A stretch of 64,000 nucleotides of DNA from Takakia lepidozioides (lineage: Eukaryota > Plantae > Bryophyta). The stretch spans positions 94,178,001 through 94,242,000 of the forward strand of contig CM060731.1 in assembly GCA_030704615.1 (NCBI GenBank), read 5' to 3'. Below the pieces are notes generated by a model. That model was given only the letters and a program-made list of their open reading frames with translations, was not told where the DNA came from and searched no databases. Positions 1-12,324 of this stretch are shown here, one piece after another; within the stretch, counting starts at the first letter, position 1; each line of letters opens with the position of its first letter. Made by a program: the position numbers and the translations under genes.

Positions 1-901
1 TGGTTCATATGAGTTCTTGGTGATGCCTTTTGGGCTCACTAATGCACCGGCGACCTTTAGCACGCTGATGAACAGCCTTTTTCAGGAGTGGTTGGATGAC
101 TTTGTGATCGTGTACATCGACGACATCTTGGTGTACTCGAAAACAAAGGAGGGAACACCCTGGAGCACCTCAAAAGGGTGTTCCAAAAGTTGCGGGAAAG
201 GAAGCTGTACGCCAAAGCTTCAAAATGCGAATTCGGGGTCACAAAAGTGGAGTTCTTGGGGCATGTGATTACACAGGATGGGATCAAAATGGATGACAGA
301 AAGGTGAGGGCGATCTTGGATTGGGAGCCTCCGACTTCGGTCCCGGAGTGCGATCCTTCCTAGGACTCGCCTCCTATTACCGGAAGTATGTGAGAAATTT
401 CGCCAAGATCGCGGGGCCGTTGTCGGACCTTCTGTGTAAATCCAAAGTCTGGGTATGGAACACATTTTGTGGCCAAGCTTTTGCTGAATTGAAGCAGCGG
501 ATGGCGGAAGCTCCAGTCTTGAAAATCCCGGAGTTTCGATCGTCCATTTGAGATTCATACAGATGCGTCGGACTTCGCGATTGGGGGTGTACTTATGTAA
601 GATGAACGTCCAGTGGCTTACGAAAGTAAGAAACTAAATGAAGTGGAGGCCGACGCACAAAAAAGAGATGAAGGCGGTGGTGCACTGTCTTGAGCTTTGG
701 CGCCACTATGTTGGTTCCAACCCAGTGAAGGTGTTCACGGACAATGTCACGGTGAAGTATTTGCCACGCAGCCCAAGTTGTCCCCAAAACAACTTAGGTG
801 GCAAGATACTTTGGCGGTATTCGACGTGGATATCCAGTACAAACCGGGACGAGACAACGTGGTGGCCGATGCTTTAAGTAGAAAGCAGCAGCTCTTGTTG
901 G
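1..901 (+). mobile_element. Ty3/Gypsy LTR retrotransposon pol fragment (RT + RNase H), frameshifted, cut by window start and gap
   Basis: [17 protein letters not shown]...[10 protein letters not shown] (RT YxDD), [41 protein letters not shown] and NVVADALSR (RNase H), spread over three frames with at least one in-frame stop. Confidence 0.93.
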
Positions 902-1401
902 NNNNNNNNNNNNNNNNNNNNNNNNNNNNNNNNNNNNNNNNNNNNNNNNNNNNNNNNNNNNNNNNNNNNNNNNNNNNNNNNNNNNNNNNNNNNNNNNNNN
1001 NNNNNNNNNNNNNNNNNNNNNNNNNNNNNNNNNNNNNNNNNNNNNNNNNNNNNNNNNNNNNNNNNNNNNNNNNNNNNNNNNNNNNNNNNNNNNNNNNNNN
1101 NNNNNNNNNNNNNNNNNNNNNNNNNNNNNNNNNNNNNNNNNNNNNNNNNNNNNNNNNNNNNNNNNNNNNNNNNNNNNNNNNNNNNNNNNNNNNNNNNNNN
1201 NNNNNNNNNNNNNNNNNNNNNNNNNNNNNNNNNNNNNNNNNNNNNNNNNNNNNNNNNNNNNNNNNNNNNNNNNNNNNNNNNNNNNNNNNNNNNNNNNNNN
1301 NNNNNNNNNNNNNNNNNNNNNNNNNNNNNNNNNNNNNNNNNNNNNNNNNNNNNNNNNNNNNNNNNNNNNNNNNNNNNNNNNNNNNNNNNNNNNNNNNNNN
1401 N
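902..1401. other. Assembly gap (500 N)
   Basis: Run of exactly 500 N. Confidence 1.
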
Positions 1402-2042
1402 CGGGCGTCCCCTGTTCGATATTCGGTGCCGAATTCCTTCCTTCCGGGGTTGAATGTGACGGCCAACTGCATGCCACTCCCCCCTCCCCGACTGCATCCG
1501 AACCGCCCCGGATGGAAATTCGGCGCTTTCGTTTTTTTTTCCATCTGGGGATGTTTTTATGCGTCCAGTTTTCGGCCTGACCCCCCCGACACGACTCCCT
1601 TTGGGGCCCGGATGGAAATTCGGCGCCGAATCTCCCATCCAGGATATTCTCTGTCGCACACACTCCGGCCTCTGCGCCCGAGGCGACTTCATCCGGGCTT
1701 CCTCTGTTGGATATTGGGTGCCGAATTTCCATTCGGGGTAGTATGTGAGGGCACGGTGCCGGCTTTCCCCCTTCAGCCGTCATCATCCGGACGGCCCCCC
1801 CACTTTCTGACTGCATACCGTTGGCAGTTATTGCGCAAAGACCAGGGGCCGCATTCCGGAGACAAGGTTCATTAACACTCTCTGACTGGGATTTTTGAGA
1901 TAGTTGGCTCCCTGGATTTGGATCAGGCTTCGTCGCTCGGACAAATCGGCATCGCATTCATTCCCATCGCTGCACCCCCTTCTACCAGGGAGCTTCCCCC
2001 CGCTCCCCGCATCCTCCTGTCAGTCTTGTGTGCACATCTCCC

Positions 2043-5000
2043 ATGGCGGAAAACCCGAGCGCTACAGTGTACTGCCCTCCTCACGAGCATAGAGCTTCAT
2101 TTCCGTGCAGAGGGGACACCTGCCGGGTGATGGAGAAATATCTGTGCGTTCGATACCACCTGAAACCGGGGTCGGTTTTTTTGGAGGAGGAAAGGAAGGA
2201 CTCAAACGGCCTTGTTGTCGAGAGTATTGTTGTGCTCCACGATGGCAGGGAATTGCGAGTTCCACCATCGGACAGCGTCATATACAGGGCTGTTGGGGAC
2301 TTCATTTGCCCGCCAAATGCACCGTCTATCCTGGCGCCTTCCACGAAACAATCCGCGAATCAGAGAGTGGGTACCTCAAAGAGAGAAGTCCGCAACGAAG
2401 TAAATCCAGAGCCGAACCCATCCATGAAGACGACCGAGAACCGGGTTGTTCACAACCTGTCCGACTCAGACGAGGTCATGGAAGTTCCGAGGTCGTCCTG
2501 GAGATCAGGCAAGTCCTCAATGGACGTCAGTGGAGGAGGGAGTCATATTCCCAGCACGAGCACCGCAGTTCGATCTATTCTAGAAATTCTGCGAGGGCTT
2601 CACCTGGAGGGACACCGGTCGGAGCTGGCCGGGCTGGACTACAGCAAGTTCGCAATTAAATCGGTTACATGCCTTCCCGCCGACGTCGACGGTAATATCT
2701 TCTTTGAGTTCCCTCCTCGGGCGGACTACTCGAGGGCGTCCGGAATGTTGACAGATATGGATAGAAAACATGACGGTCATCCTTGGTGCGTTACCAAAAC
2801 CACCAGCATGAAGATGCTTGATGGTGTGCGGGTGCGCTACGTTGTTTGTGCGGGCGCGTTGCGGTGTTTCTCCCCAACTTGCTTCCACTTTAAATCCAGA
2901 GGTCACAGGAACGAGACCGATTGGACAGGCACAGCTCACCAACCATTTCGAGCTCAGGAGAAGGTTCCGAACTCCACATTTAAGTGTGCGCATTGCAAAG
3001 AACCACCACACTGCATGTCTGTTTGTAATGCCAAGCAGTTCTATGTGTTGCACCGTTTCCCTGACCTCACCCGAGCTTGCATACACGTTGGTTCCCATTG
3101 TCACAAATTGGCGAGGGGGAACTCGCGGGAGGCTGCCCACGAAGCAGAGCAGCTCGTTCAGGAGGAGGTTAAGTTGAGACCGGGTGCCAAACCCAAACAG
3201 ATACAGCTCCAAGCCGCCCATAAGATGGCATTGGCCAGAATTATGTCGGAAGACGGCTCCGATAGAGTTCCTCTCGACGAGAAGGAAATGGAGGCATTGC
3301 TGGAGTCGGTGTCCCACGTATGTTCACCGAATGTCCGAAACCACATTGTCTCATGCAAACAGAAATTGGGCGTGGCTCGGATATGCACTCCATTCTGGAG
3401 GTGAAGCGACGATGTGGATATGACTACATTCATGGAAGTAGGTTTCCAGGACAAGGGACTGAGGCAGATCGTTGTTTCGTATTCAAAATGTCCACGTGTG
3501 GACCTGGCAGTGGCGTCGAACTGGTCGACAGGATGACGAGTGGCTTGTCAAACAGTTGGGTCATGTTCGACCATATCAAGCGAATTACAAATCACCAGTG
3601 GGTGACAATGGGTGCACATGTCTACGACACCCACTGCAAGATGCTAATGACAATTGCTATTTGTGAGATGAAAGGAGAGGACACACAATCGGAGATGCTT
3701 CTTTGGCAGGGAATAAACGAACAGATGGCCAAGGCGGGATTGCCCCCTCCCAATTTCCGTGGTTTCATGGCGGACAACGCACAAGCAAATTGGGCTGCCA
3801 TCCGAAGGGTGTACGGGCAAGACCCCAATGTTCCCATGGAAGGCAAGGAGAGATCTTGTGGGTTCCATTTTCTGCAGAGCCTTTCGCAGTACACAACCAG
3901 GCTCGTGGCGCCAAATTTCAGAGAGGAGCACCGTTCCATGTGCCTTGCGTGGAAGCGCGCTCCCACCTTGGATGATGCAGAGACAAAGTTTGCATGCATA
4001 CGGGCTTGGTGGACATCGTCAGGTGCTGTAAGGAAATCAGACGAAGAAGCAATGGTCAGTTGGCTAGCATGGTGGCATTATCGTTTCCTCCAGTTCGGCG
4101 ACTATATGCGGGAGGTGAGTTGCACGAATTCGCGTCCCGTTGGATATTATTCTTGGCCATATTTGTAACTTGCTTGTAACCTCAACATGTGCTTGTGCAG
4201 GAAATGTGTCTCGACTCCGACACCGACATGCCCACGACAAACATGGCCGAATCAGTGCACTCTTCCTGGCGTGCCTCCTCTGCGGCGCATCTGGTGGACA
4301 TCCTCACTGCCACAACGGAGGACATTGTGAGGTCAATTATGCAGCAATGCAGGTACAATGAGTTCTTGAAAGGGAAACAGTGGGGCTTGGGGCCGGACAG
4401 GCAGGAAATGCTGATGCGGACTGCCTCCAGATCGAAGAATCCTCGGAAGTGGGCGGCGGCCTTGCGAGAGGGCCTTCGGGACACGCCATTGCTGCGAAGA
4501 GGCCAACATTTGGAAGGAGATGTTCATACCCGTCCAGTGAGACGAAGACTTGACGAGGCACCTGGCGGAGAAGAGGATTCATGGCGAGCTGACAAGAATA
4601 TTCGCACGCTCCCTCGTGGTCCGGTGATGTTGTCCGAGGAGGTCTCGTCGAGCACCGGAAGTCCTGCACGTTCAAGATCGCCATCTCCTTTGAGCACAGG
4701 GCGCGTGCCCCGGCAACATAACGAGCCATCTGTAGTAAAGCAATACAACATTCCCATTGTGGAGACAAGAGTGTCGGAGTCACAGTGGAGAATTGCGAGG
4801 ACATTGCCGCCGGCATTTCGAGGGAAGTGTTGCGCCATCCGGGTGGATACGAGAGCACGCTGTGGTGAGATGATTCGGAGGAACCCACACGGTGCTGTAC
4901 CTGCACCTTGTTTCAGCGGCAGATTTTTGACTCCCACATTTGCTCACGCCACAACGCAGACATTTTGGTTCTGTAGGCACGACATAATGACCTGTGTATT

Positions 5001-5622
5001 TGGCAAGCCCAAGTACGGGATTCAGGGAATGCCGGAGCCTCCGGGCGTCTGGCCTGTTGCACCGGGTTGCAGCCTCTCTCAGAATGAGGCGGATGCTCTA
5101 TCTGCAGCAGGATTTCGAATGGTGCAACGCACAGACATCCCGGCCCACGCATTTCCGGTTCCTCAGACCCAGCCATTGCAGACTGCTCGGTCCAGTAGAG
5201 ACGGATTGGACAATTCTGCACATCCCACAATGCGATTCGGAAGAGTGAAGAGACGACACCCTCCCAACAAGTTGAATGAGACTCGGATTGCCAATGCTCT
5301 TGGGATGGCTTGCACTATTCAGAGCTCCGTGGACGTACCCCCACCCGGCCTTGGGCGTGTGTATCGGATGGCAACGGCCGGCTCGGCTGTACGCGACGAT
5401 GTATACACAATTACGATTGGAGTGGAGCCGACTTGCAACTGTACGGACTTCTCGTTGATGGAAGCAAAGAAGGGTTCGAAGTATTATCCGTGCAAGCATC
5501 TGTATTACATTTACCTGAAGAGGTTGAGGATGAACGTGACTATTGATGACTTTATTCATGCACCGGCGTTGAGCGTGAACGAGCTGCACAAACTCCTCCT
5601 TAGGGATTCCAGAAATCATTGA
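2043..5622 (+). CDS. MULE-family transposase (GCM/WRKY-like Zn finger, DDE core, SWIM); one frameshift near 3370 and intron 4115-4200
   Basis: N-terminal DGHPW...C-AGALRC...CAHC...C...HVGSHCH; core VMFDH...FMADNA...CGFH (D, D, CxxH). A GT-AG intron (GAG|GTGAGT at 4115, TGCAG| at 4200) joins in frame to TTNMAESVH (catalytic E). C-terminal SWIM CNC...CKH. Start codon uncertain (2043 or 2130). Confidence 0.82.
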
Positions 5623-5780
5623 TGGGGCACACGGAATCCTCCATATGGATATTTTCAAATGCATTTTGCTGTATCAGACTTTTTTTTTGCAGTGTAATGA
5701 AATGCACCCCAAAAACTCCTGGAATGAGGCAATATTCCATTCAAACTGAGATCCAACAGAAGCAGTTGTGGGGCCATTTC

Positions 5781-6085
5781 TGGAAAAATGGCGCCGAATT
5801 TCTCTTTTTGGGGCCGAAAACTCGCTAAGTCCCAACATGCACTGGTACCTGTGTTTGGGAAAATGGCGCCGAATTTCTCTTTTGGGGCCGAAAACTCGCT
5901 AAGTCCCAACATGCACTGGTACCTGTGTTTGGGAAAATGGCGCCGAATTTCTCTTTTTGGGGCCGAAAACTGGCTAAGTCCCAACATGCACTGGTACCGT
6001 GTCTGGAAAAATGGCGCCGAATTTCTCTTTTTGGGCCGAAAACTGGCTAAGTCCGAACATGCACTGGAAAAATGGCGCCGAATTA
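5781..6085 (+). repeat. Tandem repeat of a ~74-bp unit, 4+ copies (subterminal repeat of the MULE)
   Basis: ATGGCGCCGAATT recurs at 5788, 5863, 5937, 6011 and 6072. Confidence 0.92.
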
Positions 6086-7419
6086 CCTGTCATGAGGGGA
6101 CCTATAGCCGTGGAATTCGGCACCATTTTTCGCCAGAGAGACCTATTGCCGCGAAATACGTCGCCGTTTTTTCAGGTTACGGACCCTATTACCGCGAAAT
6201 TCGGCGCCATATTTGCACATGTCGCTGGGAATTGGCATGAGCGGAAGACGAAATTTCATGAGCACAACTGTCAAAAGTGCAATTTTTCCTTCAAGGGGCC
6301 GAATAATATATTTGTTTTTCCTGACACATTGCATTAAATTATTGTTTTTTATTGTTTTTTATTTTCGAAATTTGTACTTCTGCTCATGAAAACCGATTGT
6401 GTTACTACTCTGCTCATGCCGCTCATGCCGCTCATGCTCATGAAATAGCAAACCTCCGTTTAATGGATAGCAACGCTATCACATAAACCAATGTTGGTAA
6501 CCAACTTTCTCTCCCTCTACAGGCCACTTGATAATTCTTTATCACTCCATTCTCCAGACCCCACTCAGGATCAACATCATGCACTCTCTTAAGAATATTT
6601 TCTTTGCAACTGTTTGGCAATTCCAAGAATCTCTGAAAGAATTGCTTGGACAACCTTTCTTTCTCAGTTCCACAAGGAATTTGATTCACATCAAATTCTT
6701 TAATTCTCCAACCACCATGATCCCACCAGATGCCTGTCACATCTGATTGTTCTTGATACAGTTCCCCAGTATGGTCGCCAAATGTCGAGCGGCTTTTACT
6801 CACCCATCCCTTTACTATCCTAGGCGGGAACTCTAAGATAGAAGAGTTGGATATCTCTAAGCACTCAGCCAGCTCAGAACAATCAGTCATGACCTACAGC
6901 TAGTGTATCATGGTTGTGCTTCCTGTTTGTATTTCTTCTTGCTTTCACGTTAACAAATTCCCTTGTTGTGTATACTTAAGCATCAGATTGCTTCAGTAAT
7001 CTTTCAGGTTCCATTCCCTCATCCATGCATTCCACAGCTTCACTCAAGTATCTCTACACAGTGTGATTGTATCGAATAAGTATCAAATTAAGATTTATCA
7101 TGTATCAGGCCGAAGCCATGGCGTCTCTAATATATTCTATAATATCACTACAACTTTGCATGTATCGAGCATCTACTCATCATCTCTCCTCCTTCACTGT
7201 GCTCTCCATCCTTGCTCCCGTTCCTGCTCTCCGCCTGATCTCCTCTCGTGAATGACCAAGAAGTGCTCTCTGTGAAGTGTCCTTCATGTCGCTACTCTGC
7301 TTAATTTATCTGCAAGCTGTTCTAACCGCCTAACCGTCATCTCAAGACAGGATGCATGTTCCCTCTGTAGATGTCATTCCCACACAGACGTTCCCTACCA
7401 TGGTAACCGTTCCCTATGT

Positions 7420-7645
7420 ACGCTGTGACGGGCTGTGTAAAGCTGTGTCGGGTTGTGTCGGGCTGTGACTAGCTATGTAAAGCTATGTCAGGCTGTGATA
7501 GACCGTGACTAACTGTGATAGGCTATCATTGACTGTGATAGACTGCGTAAGGTTGTGTCGGGCTGTGTAAGGCTGTATGGCTATGATAGACTATGATAGG
7601 CTGTGTACGACTGTGTAAGACTGTGACTGAGTGTGTAAGCCTGTC
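7420..7645. repeat. Degenerate 10-bp minisatellite (GGCTGTGTAA / GACTGTGATA-like)
   Basis: About 20 consecutive 10-bp variants such as ggctgtgtaa, agctgtgtcg, ggctgtgact, gactgtgata. Confidence 0.85.
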
Positions 7646-9563
7646 TACCACCCCTAAAGCCTGTGCCGGTCACCCTAAGGCCTCTGTTGGTCTAAGTCTA
7701 CCATCTATAAGTCTGCGCAAAAATTAAGGGTACCCCACAGAGCCCATAAAAGTGTCTAAGTCCCAGACAACCCTCTAACAACCTACAGAAGTATATATAG
7801 GGAGTAGTAACCCTAAGAACGGTGCAAGCCCGTTGGTGACCAAAAGCTAGTGAGTAAGCGTGCGAGCTGGAAAGCGACCAAGGTGTGGGGAGCTATTCCG
7901 GACTGCCATCTACCAAAGGGAATTTCCACTAGGCCAAAGTGGTGGAGGGTCTTTTAGAGGCGCAAGGGGGACCGTTATGGCCCGGTGAGCAGCCGAAGCT
8001 CCGAGTTGGCCCGGCGGCCAGTTTGGGAGTTAGGCGCGCGCATCAAAGCGAGTAACTATGATTTGAAGGGGAGTTTACCGAAGTGAGGTGCACGACACCA
8101 CACCTGAAATAGAGACACAGGCTAAACGGGCTGAACCGTGAAGGGCAATTGAGAATAAAACTGGCAGGCCCTACACCAGTGTGACAACCCATTTAGCCAG
8201 ATTCTTTAACTAGGTGTTGGGCAATTTCAATTTCCTGGAGGAGATCTTGTAGAGGATCCTGAACTATGTCATTCCAGCCCAAACAACTAGGTCTCATTTT
8301 CTCTAGCTAAATTACAGAATTGAACATGCAAACTCAGGGACGAGTCTGATGAGAGGGCAAAACAGATTGAAATAGGTTGAAGAAGAAGGTGCCCTCACCA
8401 CATTGTCCTTGATTGTTCCACCATTGACTGCGGTTGGAAACGTGTTCATTCCAGAGCTTCTCCCCATCTCTGTTATCTATTTTTCGATACTTTTATGTTG
8501 CCACATTGGCAGTAACATGTCAAAATCACTCCAAAACCACCCCACATCCACCAACGAGCTAACTTGCAGAATTCAACCTGAAAATTTAGGGCCGACTCTG
8601 AAACCTCTTTGCCCTTGTCCAGGGCTCGATGCACCCACATTTTGCATACATGTCCACCAGGGTATGGGTTTAGAAGGACATGTGGTACAATTCCAGCTCT
8701 GAAGATGTCGCCATGGACCTCTTTCCCCTTTTCCAGAGCTGCCAGGGCAGTGTTCAGAATGACATTTGGTACAATTCCAGCTTTGATGGTATCCCCATGC
8801 ACCTCTTTGCCCTTCTCCAGGGCTTGATGCACCCACATTTTGCATACATGTCCACTAGGGTATGGTTCAGAGTGACATTCAAGGTACAATTCCAGCTCTG
8901 AAGATGTCGCCATGGACCTCTTTCCCCTTTTCCGGAGCTGCCAGGGCAGTGTTCAGAATGACATTTGGTACAATTCCAGCTTTGATGGTATCCCCATGCA
9001 CCTCTTTGCCCTTGTCCAGGGCTCGATGCACCCACATTTTGCGTACATGTCCACCAAGGTATGGTTTGAAATGACATTTGGTACAATTCAGCTTTGAAGA
9101 TGTCGCCATGGACCTCTTTCCCTTTTTCCAGAGTTGCCAGGGCAGTGTTCAGAATGACATTTGGTACAATTTCGGCTTTGATGGTATCCCCATGCACCTC
9201 TTTGCCCTTGTCCAGGGCTCGATGCACTTCGATGCACCCATATTTTGCATACATGTCCACCAGGGTATGGTTCAGAATGACATTTGCTACAATTCCAGCT
9301 CTGAAGATGTCGCCATGGACCTCTTTCCCTTTTCTAAAAACTGCCAGGGCAGTGTTCAGAATGACATTTGGTACAATTCTAGCTTTGATGATATCCCCAT
9401 GCATCTCTTTGTCCTTGTCCAGGGCTCGATGCACCCACATTTTGCATACATGTCCACCAGGGTATGGTTCAGAATGACATGTGGTACAATTCTAGCTCTG
9501 AAGATGTCGCCATGGACCTCTTTCCTCTTTTCCAGAGCTGCCAGGGCAGTGTTCAGAATGACA

Positions 9564-9735
9564 GACAACCAGCATGTAGCCAATGGTAATGGGCACATAC
9601 CACGTTGGATGTGGTTGTGGGTTCAAACCACGGTCTGGTGTGTTATGAAGGTGTCCACCTTCCTAGCAAAAGGCAGTAGCCCTTCGGGGTGAAGTGACTC
9701 CATAAGTTACGCTTCCTTCGGGAGGCGTCATACTT
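9564..9735 (+). mobile_element. tRNA-derived SINE, copy 1
   Basis: Box A TAGCCAATGG, box B GGTTCAAACC, 3' T-run, flanked by the 12-bp duplication TTCAGAATGACA (9552-9563 / 9736-9747) of a site that is single-copy in uninterrupted array units. Confidence 0.82.
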
Positions 9736-10545
9736 TTCAGAATGACATTTGGTACAATTCCAGCTTTGATGATATCCACATGCACCTCTTTGCCCTTCTC
9801 CAGGGCTCGATGCACCCACATTTTGCATACATGCCCACCAGGGTATGGTTCAGAATGACATTCAAGGTACAATTCCAGCTTTGAAGATGTCGCCATGGAC
9901 CTCTTCCCCCTTTTCCGGAGCTGCCAGGGTAGTGTTCAGAATGACATTTGGTACAATTCCAGCTTTGATGGTATCCCCATGCACCTCTTTGCCCTGTCCA
10001 GGGCTCGATGCACCCACATTTTGCGTACATGTCCACCAGGGTATGGTTTGAAATGACATTTGGTACAATTCAGCTTTGAAGATGTCGCCATGGACCTCTT
10101 TCCCTTTTTCCAGAGCTGCCAGGGCAGTGTTCAGAATGACGTTTGGTACAATTCCGGCTTTGATGGTATCCCCATGCACCTCTTTGCCCTTGTCCAGGGC
10201 TCGATGCACTTCGATGCACCCATATTTTGCATACATGTCCACCAGGATATGGTTCAGAATGACATTTGCTACAATTCCAGCTCTGAAGATGTCGCCATGG
10301 ACCTCTTTCCCCTTTTCTAAAACTGCCAGGGCAGTGTTCAGAATGACATTTGGTACAATTCTAGCTTTGATGATATCCCCATGCATCTCTTTGTCCTTGT
10401 CCAGGGCTCGATGCACCCACATTTTGCATACATGTCCACCAGGGTATGGTTCAGAATGACATGTGGTACAATTCTAGCTCTGAAGATGTCGCCATGGACC
10501 TCTTTCCTCTTTTCCAGAGCTGCCAGGGCAGTGTTCAGAATGACA

Positions 10546-10718
10546 GACAACCAGCATGTAGCCCAATGGTAATGGGCACATACCACGTTGGATGTGGTTG
10601 TGGGTTCAAACCACGGTCTGGTGTGTTATGAAGGTGTCCACCTTCCTAGCAAAAGGCAGTAGCCCTTCGGGGTGAAGTGACTCCATAAGTTACGCTTCCT
10701 TCGGGAGGCGTCATACTT
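10546..10718 (+). mobile_element. tRNA-derived SINE, copy 2 (duplicated with the array)
   Basis: Near-identical to 9564-9735; box A TAGCCCAATGG, same TSD. Confidence 0.82.
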
Positions 10719-11531
10719 TTCAGAATGACATTTGGTACAATTCCAGCTTTGATGATATCCACATGCACCTCTTTGCCCTTCTCCAGGGCTCGATGCACCC
10801 ACATTTTGCATACATGCCCACCAGGGTATGGTTCAGAATGACATTCAAGGTACAATTCCAGCTTTGAAGATGTCGCCATGGACCTCTTCCCCCTTTTCCG
10901 GAGCTGCCAGGGGTAGTGTTCAGAATGACATTTGGTACAATTCCAGCTTTGATGGTATCCCCATGCACCTCTTTGCCCTTGTCCAGGGCTCGATGCACCC
11001 ACATTTTGCGTACATGTCCACCAGGGTATGGTTTGAAATGACATTTGGTACAATTCAGCTTTGAAGATGTCGCCATGGACCTCTTTCCCTTTTCCAGAGC
11101 TGCCAGGGCAGTGTTCAGAATGACGTTTGGTACAATTCCGGCTTTGATGGTATCCCCATGCACCTCTCTTTGCCCTTGTCCAGGGCTCGATGCACTTCGA
11201 TGCACCCATATTTTGCATACATGTCCACCAGGATATGGTTCAGAATGACATTTGCTACAATTCCAGCTCTGAAGATGTCGCCATGGACCTCTTTCCCCTT
11301 TTCTAAAACTGCCAGGGCAGTGTTCAGAATGACATTTGGTACAATTCTAGCTTTGATGATATCCCCATGCATCTCTTTGTCCTTGTCCAGGGCTCGATGC
11401 ACCCACATTTTGCATACATGTCCACCAGGGTATGGTTCAGAATGACATGTGGTACAATTCTAGCTCTGAAGATGTCGCCATGGACCTCTTTCCTCTTTTC
11501 CAGAGCTGCCAGGGCAGTGTTCAGAATGACA

Positions 11532-11704
11532 GACAACCAGCATGTAGCCCAATGGTAATGGGCACACACCACGTTGGATGTGGTTGTGGGTTCAAACCAC
11601 GGTCTGGTGTGTTATGAAGGTGTCCACCTTCCTAGCGAAAGGCAGTAGCCCTTCGGGGTGAAGTGACTCCATAAGTTACGCTTCCTTCGGGAGGCGTCAT
11701 ACTT
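11532..11704 (+). mobile_element. tRNA-derived SINE, copy 3 (duplicated with the array)
   Basis: Near-identical to 9564-9735, same TSD. Confidence 0.82.
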
Positions 11705-12324
11705 TTCAGAATGACATTTGGTACAATTCCAGCTTTGATGATATCCACATGCACCTCTTTGCCCTTCTCCAGGGCTCGATGCACCCACATTTTGCATACA
11801 TGCCCACCAGGGTATGGTTCAGAATGACATTCAAGGTACAATTCCAGCTCTGAAGATGTCGCCATGGACCTCTTCCCCCTTTTCTGGAGCTGCCAGGGCA
11901 GTGTTCAGAATGACATTTGGTACAATTCCAGCTTTGATGATATCCCCATGCATCTCTTTGCCCTTCTCCAGGGCTGCTAGGCTTGCACAAGCATTGCAAA
12001 TGCACACGATCCAACGGAAGTCAGATGGTCAGTTCCTCAAGGGGAAGACGGGATCTTCGAAAGTGTAGCCGATGATCAGTCCACTGGGCATGACAAAGAA
12101 GATGAGGGGGTGGAAGGAGTGCAGGACAGTCATGGATAGGATGAGGATAGTGATGATGACTTCCAAGATGGGTCGGAATTCAAATAAGTCCTTGTACATT
12201 TTAATTCTTTTCCCAAATATATAAAAAAACTTATTTTTGAAGTGGAGGTCTCCTGGCCCCTGTTCTTTTTTTGAAACCACCTCCGATTTGTGGACGGAGC
12301 AGAGCACAGTTCCGATAAGGACAA

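Larger units (their letters stand above)
1402..6240 (+). mobile_element. Mutator-like (MULE) DNA transposon; left end lost in gap, right end approximate
   Basis: Transposase ORFs flanked on both sides by copies of the motif GAAATTCGGCGCC / GGCGCCGAATTTC (about 1425-1735 and 5785-6215). Confidence 0.75.
8603..12010 (-). repeat. Higher-order tandem array derived from a PLS-class PPR gene (pseudogenic)
   Basis: Alternating ~84-bp and ~114-bp subunits translate on the - strand as ALEKGKEVHGDIIKAGIVPNVILNTAL and NHTLVDMYAKCGCIE; the unique 5' flank reads VCICNACASLAALEKG; higher-order period 982-986 bp; many frameshifts. Confidence 0.92.

Noticed and set aside
697-1957. Long ORFs (265-392 aa) spanning the N run
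   Set aside because: Artefacts of translating through the 500-N gap
6438-8200. Possible LTR or retroelement remnant, including the 150-aa ORF at 6438-6890
   Set aside because: No recognisable domain and no TG...CA pair with a TSD could be fixed
9564-9640. tRNA gene
   Set aside because: Has A and B boxes but no convincing cloverleaf; continues into a non-tRNA body and is flanked by a TSD
8473-12014. Functional PPR gene
   Set aside because: Units are truncated motifs with frequent frameshifts and SINE insertions; no continuous P-L-S array and no E/DYW domain seen
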